Below, in pieces: positions 58,090-64,000 of a DNA stretch of 64,000 nt; position 1 is the first letter of the stretch; each line of letters begins with the position of its first letter. A model generated the notes under the pieces. It saw nothing but the letters and a program-made list of their open reading frames with translations. It had not been told where the DNA came from and did no database searches. Position numbers and translations under genes: made by a program. This DNA is from Bacillota bacterium (lineage in GTDB: Bacteria; Bacillota; Limnochordia; DUMW01): positions 1,504 to 65,503 of the forward strand of contig DUMW01000082.1 in assembly GCA_012839765.1 (NCBI GenBank). Direction: 5' to 3'.

Positions 58090-58854
58090 ATGTCCCTGAT
58101 TGGTCGGGTGACGACCTTTTTCCGTAGACTGATTCATCGCCTGTTCGGCACACGATTGGCCGGGCCCTATATCCCGGTCCAGATCGGTAAGGAGTTATCC
58201 GCGGTTATGCAGCGCCAAAGGAAGGTCAGTGTGAGTCGGATCTATGTGCCGAACAGGTACGTCGTTCAGCTTCACCCGGCGGACTACGCACAGATTGCCC
58301 CCCTTCAACAGACCCTTGCCCAAGAGCTGTGTCAGCACTTGGTGGGGATCGCCCAAAGGGAAGGACTGCATTTCCTCACCTCGCCCCAGGTCAGCTTCCA
58401 ACAGGGAAATCAACTTAAGCCCGGTTGTATGGAGATCCAGGCCTTCTTTGATGATGTGGGCGTCCAGACCGGTGTCACCAAAGGGCTTCCCCCCCTGGAA
58501 GATACCCTGACCGAGGAGGGAGAGGTGGAACAGGCCACCCGCATTTTTGGCGAGAGGACCAGGATGTACTTGGTCTGTTTGTCGGGGCCCGAGCAGAATA
58601 TGCGCTTTTATCTTCCCGAAGAGGGGGAGTTTACCATCGGGCGAGAGCAGGACAATGATCTGGTGCTCGTTGATCCCTGTGTTTCCCGCCGGCATGCGGT
58701 GGTGGTGGTGCGGGAGGGTGAGGTGTTTTTGCGGGATCTGAGTAGCAAGAACGGTACCTACGTGGACGACTTACGGATTGAAGAGACCCAGCTTGCCGAT
58801 GGGAATCGGATCCTGTGTGGAAATACACTGTTCAAGTTTGTCGCAGGAGAGTAA
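58090..58854 (+). CDS. FHA-domain protein, FhaA-like (DUF3662 N-terminal domain plus C-terminal FHA)
   Basis: The C-terminal FHA core is FTIGREQDNDLVLVDPCVSRRHAVVVVREGEVFLRDLSSKNGTYVD. Confidence 0.75.
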   Translation: MSLIGRVTTFFRRLIHRLFGTRLAGPYIPVQIGKELSAVMQRQRKVSVSRIYVPNRYVVQLHPADYAQIAPLQQTLAQELCQHLVGIAQREGLHFLTSPQVSFQQGNQLKPGCMEIQAFFDDVGVQTGVTKGLPPLEDTLTEEGEVEQATRIFGERTRMYLVCLSGPEQNMRFYLPEEGEFTIGREQDNDLVLVDPCVSRRHAVVVVREGEVFLRDLSSKNGTYVDDLRIEETQLADGNRILCGNTLFKFVAGE

Positions 58855-58855
58855 G

Positions 58856-59323
58856 ATGTACCTAGTGGTTTGGTTGGGACGTTTCCTGTTTTTGTACCTG
58901 CTCTATCGCTTTTTGGGGCAGTTCCTCAAGATACTGGAAAAGGATGATTACCCCCTTGGGCTACTGTTCGTGGGTTGTGCCCACAGGCCACCTTTGGTCT
59001 CTGGCCGGCTCCTCTTCACCAGTGATGAAGCGTCTGCGGAAAAACAGAGCTTGAAGCCTGGGGATCTGATGCGGGCAGTGCCCCTGAGTATGGGCCGGGG
59101 TCCGCTAAATGATGTGGAACTGCCTGAGGAAGCGGTCGCTATGTTCCATCTGCGGCTAGAACAAGAGGATGGTCTGGTGTTGAGGAAACTGGACCAAAAC
59201 AGTGTCTATGTGAATGGGAATCCGGTGGAGGAGGAGGCCGTCTTATCCCTGGGGGATGTGTTGAACATCGGAAGTTATCTTTTTGTGGTGGTGAAGGGTT
59301 TTGCGGATACGGGTAGGGGCTAA
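58856..59323 (+). CDS. Membrane-anchored FHA-domain protein, FhaB-like
   Basis: It has an N-terminal TM helix (LVVWLGRFLFLYLLY) and an FHA core (GRGPLNDVELPEEAVAMFHLRLEQEDGLVLRKLDQNSVYVNG). Confidence 0.7.
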   Translation: MYLVVWLGRFLFLYLLYRFLGQFLKILEKDDYPLGLLFVGCAHRPPLVSGRLLFTSDEASAEKQSLKPGDLMRAVPLSMGRGPLNDVELPEEAVAMFHLRLEQEDGLVLRKLDQNSVYVNGNPVEEEAVLSLGDVLNIGSYLFVVVKGFADTGRG

Positions 59324-60029
59324 GACCGACGCGGGTTTGGTGAGGGCCAACAATGAAGACAGCTATCTACTGCACGGGCGGCTATTTGCCGTGGCCGATG
59401 GTATGGGTGGCCACAATGCGGGGGAAGTGGCAAGCTTTGTGGCCCTGAGGGGTCTTCGGCAGGGAAGCAAGGAGGCCAACTTTGCAGATGAAAAGGCCCT
59501 TGAGGAATACTTCGCTCTTCTTTTTGCGCAGATTAATCGTGATGTCTATGCCCAAGCTTTGCTGGTGCCGAACTATTACGGCATGGGGACGACCCTGACG
59601 GCCTTGGGACTGTGTGATGCGGGTTACGCCTTTGGTCATGTGGGGGACAGCCGGCTGTACTTGTTCCGGAAGGGGCAGTTGACCCAGCTCACCCAGGATC
59701 ATTCCCTGGTGGCTGAATTGGTTCAGAGTGGCCGCTTGTCTGAGACTGAGGCGTTGAATCATCCCTTGAGCAACGTCCTCAGCCGGGCCATTGGGGTGGA
59801 ACCCACGGTGATGGTGGAGACTGGTTCCGGTGATGTCTACGCGGGGGATCTGTTCTTGCTTTGTACCGATGGAGTCTTCACTGTCGTAGAAGAGGACTGG
59901 ATCGCGGGTCTCCTCTCCCAGGATCGATCTCCCCAGGGGAAAGCGGAGCAACTGGTAAAGCGGGCCCTGGAGCAAGGCAGCACAGATAATGTGACTGCGG
60001 TGGTGGTCCAGGTCGATGGGAGTGTCTGA
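59301..60029 (+). CDS. PP2C-family Ser/Thr protein phosphatase (Stp/PstP-like)
   Basis: It has RANNEDS, VADGMGGHNAGEVAS and TDNVTAVVV motifs. It has a TTG start. Confidence 0.85.
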   Translation: MRIRVGAKTDAGLVRANNEDSYLLHGRLFAVADGMGGHNAGEVASFVALRGLRQGSKEANFADEKALEEYFALLFAQINRDVYAQALLVPNYYGMGTTLTALGLCDAGYAFGHVGDSRLYLFRKGQLTQLTQDHSLVAELVQSGRLSETEALNHPLSNVLSRAIGVEPTVMVETGSGDVYAGDLFLLCTDGVFTVVEEDWIAGLLSQDRSPQGKAEQLVKRALEQGSTDNVTAVVVQVDGSV

Positions 60030-60032
60030 GGA

Positions 60033-61298
60033 TTGGCAGCGTCTACAGGGTTCTTGAGGGACCGGCACCAGTGGTCAATGGTGGGCACTGCTACCGTGGT
60101 GGGCTTGTGGGGGCTGTTTTTGGTCTGGCTGTCAGAACCCTTCAACCCATGGTATTTCCTCGCCTATGCCGGTCCGGTCTTTGTAGCCCAGGCGGTATTC
60201 ACCTACCAAAGGGATCGGATCGATGCCACCCTCTTTGCACCTGCGGTGCTCCTGTCGGGGATGGGCCTTATCATGGTGGCCCGGTTGGCCCCCCAATTGC
60301 TGGGGCGGCAGCTATGCGCGTACCTGTTGGGGCTGGTGGGTTTCGGTTGTTTGAGCCTGTTTGGTGCCAAAATGCCCCTGAAGAAAATGGGTCGGCCTTT
60401 GGGTTTGTTGGGGGCGGGACTGCTTTTTGTTACCGCCCTGTTTGGTGTACAGGCGGGAGGCAGCCGGGCCTGGTTGCATTTTTCTAGTTTCACTTTTCAG
60501 CCTACGGAGCTTTTCAAATTGCTGTTGATCCTCTACCTCGTTGCCCACGTAAGCAAAGAAGGCACACCGGTGGTGTTGCGTGATCGCCGGGGGTTTTTTT
60601 CCTACCGAGATCTGTGGGGGCCGCCCTTTGGGCTTTGGTTATGCAGTCTGTTGGCCCTTGGTTTACAGCGGGATCTGGGCGGGGTGTTGTTGATTTCGGG
60701 GATCTTTTGGGGCATGCTTTACCTTGTGGACGGCCGGTGGACCACCCTGTTGGCTGGCGGAGCCTTGGGTTTTGTGGGGCTTTTACTAGCCACCTACCTG
60801 TTTCCCCATGGGCGGACGCGTCTTGCGGACTGGTTGAGTCTGTGGCGGGGAGAGGGAATCTACCACCAGTTGTTGCAAGGATTTTATGCCGCTGCCGCGG
60901 GAGGTTTTACCGGCACGGGCTTAGGATTGGGACAACCCCATTTCATTCCTCGGGTACATACAGATTTCGTGCTCATGGCCCTTTGGGAAGAGTTAGGGTT
61001 GTTGGGCGTTGTGGGTTTGCTGGGGACCTATGTGCTGATGCTTACCTACTTGTACAAAAGGGCTCTGCGCGCCCAGCGGGGGCAGGAGCGTCTGCTGTGT
61101 GCTGGAGTAGCCCTGATGCTAGGGTTACAGATTCTGTGCATTGTGGGTGGCAATCTGGGGCTGCTGCCCCTGACGGGTATTACCCTGCCTTTTGTCAGCT
61201 ATGGCGGCAGTTCCCTGGTCGTATTGTGGTGTGCCCTTGGTTTAGTGGCGGCCCACCCAGGGGGGAACCGACGATGGCAGGAACAATCAAGGGTCTGA
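60033..61298 (+). CDS. SEDS-family peptidoglycan glycosyltransferase (RodA/FtsW)
   Basis: It has about ten TM helices and a C-terminal LPLTGITLPFVSYGGSS motif. The start is uncertain (TTG 60033 or ATG 60078). Confidence 0.8.
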   Translation: MAASTGFLRDRHQWSMVGTATVVGLWGLFLVWLSEPFNPWYFLAYAGPVFVAQAVFTYQRDRIDATLFAPAVLLSGMGLIMVARLAPQLLGRQLCAYLLGLVGFGCLSLFGAKMPLKKMGRPLGLLGAGLLFVTALFGVQAGGSRAWLHFSSFTFQPTELFKLLLILYLVAHVSKEGTPVVLRDRRGFFSYRDLWGPPFGLWLCSLLALGLQRDLGGVLLISGIFWGMLYLVDGRWTTLLAGGALGFVGLLLATYLFPHGRTRLADWLSLWRGEGIYHQLLQGFYAAAAGGFTGTGLGLGQPHFIPRVHTDFVLMALWEELGLLGVVGLLGTYVLMLTYLYKRALRAQRGQERLLCAGVALMLGLQILCIVGGNLGLLPLTGITLPFVSYGGSSLVVLWCALGLVAAHPGGNRRWQEQSRV

Positions 61299-62659
61299 AC
61301 AGGCTGGGCAAACTCTTCATTGGCTGCATCTTGATGTTGATCCTGGCCGGGGGGTTCTTCCAAGTGGTCTGGGCGCCCTCCTTGGCCAGATCTGCGGGGA
61401 ATCCGCGAATCCAGACGCTGCGGGAACAGATCATTCGGGGGGGCATCTTTGATTACCAAGGTCGGGTCTTGGCCCAGGCGGGTGTATCCTCCGGACGTTA
61501 TACCGGGCCTCGGTCCTTGGGTGCCATCGTGGGCTATGACCATCGGGTCCTGGGACAAAGCGGTCTGGAGCAGGCTTACGATCAGCACCTGTTGGGTTTA
61601 ACCGGTGCCTCTTTGTATCTGTGCCAGTGGCGGCTGTTCAAGGGGGAGAAGCATTACGGTAATCATTTGCGGCTTACCATTGATGTGGAGTACCAACGGA
61701 TTGCCGAGGAGGCCCTCGGGGCCCGGCAGGGGGCGGTGGTGATTTTGGACCCTACCAGCGGTGCCCTGCGCGCCTTGGTATCCTATCCCAATTTCGATCC
61801 CAATGAGGTTTATGCCCAATGGGCCAGTCTACGGGAGGACCCCGCAGCGCCGCTTCTTCATCGCGCGGTCCAGGGTTTATATCCACCGGGCTCTCTGTTT
61901 AAGATGTTGGTCTTGGCCGCGGCTTTGGATACGGGTCTTTACGAGCTGCACGATACCTTCTTGGACCAGACATCCTGGTTGGTGGAAGGCTATTCTCTAA
62001 ACAACGCCTATTCTACTGAACCGGGGGAAATCAGTCTATTGGAGGCTTTTCGGCGATCGTCTAATGTCGTCTTTGGTCAATTGGCTTTGGACTTGGGTGC
62101 TGAACGGCTTTTCGATTACGTAGAGCGCCTTGGTTTTGGTGCACATAAGAAGCTGGGGGTGGCCACCTCGCGGCCAAGGTTGAATAAACCTGCTACCCTG
62201 GTGGAATTGGTACAATTTGCCATTGGTCAGGGCAGCCTATTGGTCACTCCTTTAGATATGGCCCTGCTTACGGCCACCATTGCCAACGGCGGCTTGTGTC
62301 CCCAACCCTATCTGGTGGAAGCCTTGGTCGATGCTGACGGCGATGAGCATAGGTTGCCGCCGGCCTTGCCTAAGCGGGTGATTAGCAGTTTTGCCGCTTA
62401 CCAGATGAAGCGGGCCATGTTGGCGGTGGTGGAAGCAGGGACAGGTACCTTAGCCCAGGTTTCAGGCATCGATATCGCGGGAAAAACTGGCAGTGCGGAG
62501 AATCCCCATGGAAAGCCCCATGCATGGTTTACTTGCTTTGCCCCAGCGGAAGCACCGCAGATCGTTGTCACTGTGGTGGTGGAGAACGGTGGCTCTGGGG
62601 GCCAGGTGGCGGCACCCATTGCCCGGCGGATCCTTTTGGAGATCCTCGGCGAAGGATGA
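61274..62659 (+). CDS. Class B penicillin-binding protein transpeptidase (PbpA-like, ~461 aa)
   Basis: It has an N-terminal TM segment and the S-x-x-K (SLFK), S-x-N and KTG motifs (AGKTGSAE). The ORF-track extension back to 60614 is out-of-gene read-through of the same frame. Confidence 0.8.
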   Translation: MAGTIKGLNRLGKLFIGCILMLILAGGFFQVVWAPSLARSAGNPRIQTLREQIIRGGIFDYQGRVLAQAGVSSGRYTGPRSLGAIVGYDHRVLGQSGLEQAYDQHLLGLTGASLYLCQWRLFKGEKHYGNHLRLTIDVEYQRIAEEALGARQGAVVILDPTSGALRALVSYPNFDPNEVYAQWASLREDPAAPLLHRAVQGLYPPGSLFKMLVLAAALDTGLYELHDTFLDQTSWLVEGYSLNNAYSTEPGEISLLEAFRRSSNVVFGQLALDLGAERLFDYVERLGFGAHKKLGVATSRPRLNKPATLVELVQFAIGQGSLLVTPLDMALLTATIANGGLCPQPYLVEALVDADGDEHRLPPALPKRVISSFAAYQMKRAMLAVVEAGTGTLAQVSGIDIAGKTGSAENPHGKPHAWFTCFAPAEAPQIVVTVVVENGGSGGQVAAPIARRILLEILGEG

Positions 62660-62707
62660 GGAAGACTGAGATTTGTTGTATAATAGTTGCTGTGAGGGGT
62701 GGAAGAA

Positions 62708-64000
62708 TTGCTGGGAAGAGTCCTTGCCCAAAGATACGAGATCGAAAGTGAAATCGGCGCCGGCGGAATGGCTATTGTCTACCTTGGCCAGGACCGGTTA
62801 TTGTGTCGTCCTGTGGCGGTGAAGGTACTGCGGGAGAACTATGCCAAGGACGAGGATTTTGTCCGGCGTTTTCGCCTTGAGGCCCAAGCCGCGGCCAGTC
62901 TTTCCCATCCTAATGTGGTGAACATTTATGATGTGGGTGAAGAGGATGGTATCTACTATTTAGTGATGGAGTACTTGGCGGGTACGGATCTGAAGACCCT
63001 TATTAAGCAGCGGGGGAAGCTTTCCGTGGGCCAAGGACTCTGGGTTGCCGCTGAGATCGCCAAGGCCTTGGAGCACGCCCATGCCCATAAGATCGTACAC
63101 CGGGATATCAAACCCCATAATATTGTGCTGACCCGGGACGGTCGGATCAAAGTGACTGATTTCGGTATTGCCCGGGCGGTGAGCAGTTCCACCCTGACCC
63201 AGACCGGCTTCGTATTGGGTTCGGTCCATTATTCCTCCCCGGAACAGGTGAGCGGAGGTCAAATCAGCGGCGCGGCGGATCTGTACTCTTTGGGTGTGGT
63301 CATGTATGAGATGTTTACCGGTCACTTGCCCTTCGAGGGGGAAACACCGGTGAGTATTGCTTTGAAGCATTTGCGAGAAGAGCCGCCCGCTATCGAATCG
63401 TTGCGACCGGATTTGCCCGCGAAAGTGGCCTTGATCGTGAAGAAGGCCATGGCCAAGGATCCGAAGGATCGTTTTGCCAACGCCGGACAGCTGTTACAGG
63501 CGATCTGGGAGACGGGACTCATGGCTACTGGTTTTGATAATACCGAAGAGAGTGACGAAGATCTCGAAGATACCAGTTCCCTGGAAACGACTAAGTTGGT
63601 GCCGGCAGTGGGCAACGGAGAGCTGCAACCCACAGAGGTGGTTCCGGAGCAAAAGAAGCCGCGGCGTGGGTCTTGGGGGCGCAAGTTCCTGTGGACTTTT
63701 CTCATCTTGATTCTCTTTGCCGGCTTGTCCTGGGTAGGCCTATTACAGGCCCGGAAGATGATCTTTCCGCCCGATGTTCCCGTACCCGACGTGCGAGGGA
63801 TGCCGGTGGAAGAGGCCAGCGAAGTTTTACAGCAGGCGGGTTTGAAGCCCAGTATTGATCAGCGGGTCCACAGTCTGGAAGTGCCTGAAGGATGGGTGAT
63901 CTCCCAGGATCCCCGGGGCAGCAGGATCGTGAAGAAGCATCGCACCGTGGAGTTGGTGGTCAGCCGTGGCCCCCGCTTGGTGGAAGTGCCCACGGTGGTG
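62708..64000 (+). CDS. Ser/Thr protein kinase with extracellular PASTA repeats (PknB/PrkC-like), 3' end outside the window
   Basis: It has Hanks kinase subdomains (GAGGMAIVYLG, VAVK, HRDIKPHN, DFGIA), a TM helix, and then a PASTA repeat (DVRGMPVEEASEVLQQAGL...). The RBS GAGGGG sits 8 nt before the TTG at 62708. Confidence 0.85.
   Translation, partial: MLGRVLAQRYEIESEIGAGGMAIVYLGQDRLLCRPVAVKVLRENYAKDEDFVRRFRLEAQAAASLSHPNVVNIYDVGEEDGIYYLVMEYLAGTDLKTLIKQRGKLSVGQGLWVAAEIAKALEHAHAHKIVHRDIKPHNIVLTRDGRIKVTDFGIARAVSSSTLTQTGFVLGSVHYSSPEQVSGGQISGAADLYSLGVVMYEMFTGHLPFEGETPVSIALKHLREEPPAIESLRPDLPAKVALIVKKAMAKDPKDRFANAGQLLQAIWETGLMATGFDNTEESDEDLEDTSSLETTKLVPAVGNGELQPTEVVPEQKKPRRGSWGRKFLWTFLILILFAGLSWVGLLQARKMIFPPDVPVPDVRGMPVEEASEVLQQAGLKPSIDQRVHSLEVPEGWVISQDPRGSRIVKKHRTVELVVSRGPRLVEVPTVV

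Noticed and set aside
60614-61273. A 681-aa ORF extends the PBP upstream through the SEDS gene.
   Set aside because: The upstream part is out-of-frame read-through of the rodA/ftsW coding region. The PBP starts at ATG 61274 (MAGTIKGLNRL... followed by a TM helix).
1-64000. I looked for a CRISPR array, rRNA genes, and IS elements, integrases or phage genes flanking the islands.
   Set aside because: I saw no regularly spaced direct repeats, no rRNA-like conserved stretches and no transposase or integrase-like ORFs. Island boundaries are defined only by synteny breaks.

Overview
This 64 kb window (GC roughly 58%) looks like a chromosome segment from a spore-forming Firmicutes-type bacterium: it encodes Spo0A, RemA, LspA, RluD and the pyr and pur genes.

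The conserved backbone follows the Bacillus/Clostridia order, interrupted by three accessory islands (marked in braces):
- ileS(3' end) {island 1: 1.9-12.5 kb}
- ylyA-like DksA/TraR, lspA, rluD, pyrR-pyrB-pyrC-pyrF-pyrK-pyrD
- a UPF0016 protein, a Clp-fold protease, purE {island 2: 21.9-27.2 kb}
- purM-purN-purH-purD, with rqcH (yloA) convergent {island 3: 34.0-43.1 kb}
- yloB Ca-ATPase, yloC, mIHF-like, remA, gmk, rpoZ, priA, def, fmt, a DUF116 protein, a YugP-like Zn peptidase
- an ~0.8 kb non-coding region, spo0A, a membrane protein and tRNA-Pro(CGG) on the minus strand
- rlmN, fhaA-fhaB-PP2C-rodA-pbpA-pknB (3' partial)

The three accessory islands are enriched for secreted or glycan-active proteins:
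- Island 1 (1.9-12.5 kb) holds a heparinase II/III-like protein, a 5'-truncated solute-binding protein, a frameshifted secreted protein with an EF-hand pair plus LamG-like and GH16-like domains, two tandem paralogous CBM-like secreted proteins, and a MutS domain III-V paralog.
- Island 2 (21.9-27.2 kb) holds an alpha/beta hydrolase, an ABC-2 exporter and a membrane-anchored SBP-like protein.
- Island 3 (34.0-43.1 kb) holds an orphan sugar SBP, an FAD-oxidoreductase fused to HEAT repeats, a short FAD oxidoreductase, a 1123-aa secreted PL8-family polysaccharide lyase with a long N-terminal extension, and a TPR protein.

Other notable signals:
- There is a promoter, structured leader and intrinsic terminator upstream of purMNHD, which is a riboswitch candidate (ZTP/pfl class suspected from gene context, not proven).
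- An actinobacterial-type integration host factor (mIHF-like) gene sits inside the Firmicutes yloC-remA-gmk block.
- An actinobacterial-style fhaA-fhaB-pstP-rodA-pbpA-pknB operon is present alongside spo0A.
- rsmB is missing between fmt and rlmN and is replaced by spo0A plus a long non-coding region.

No CRISPR array, rRNA, or recognisable transposase or integrase was found.
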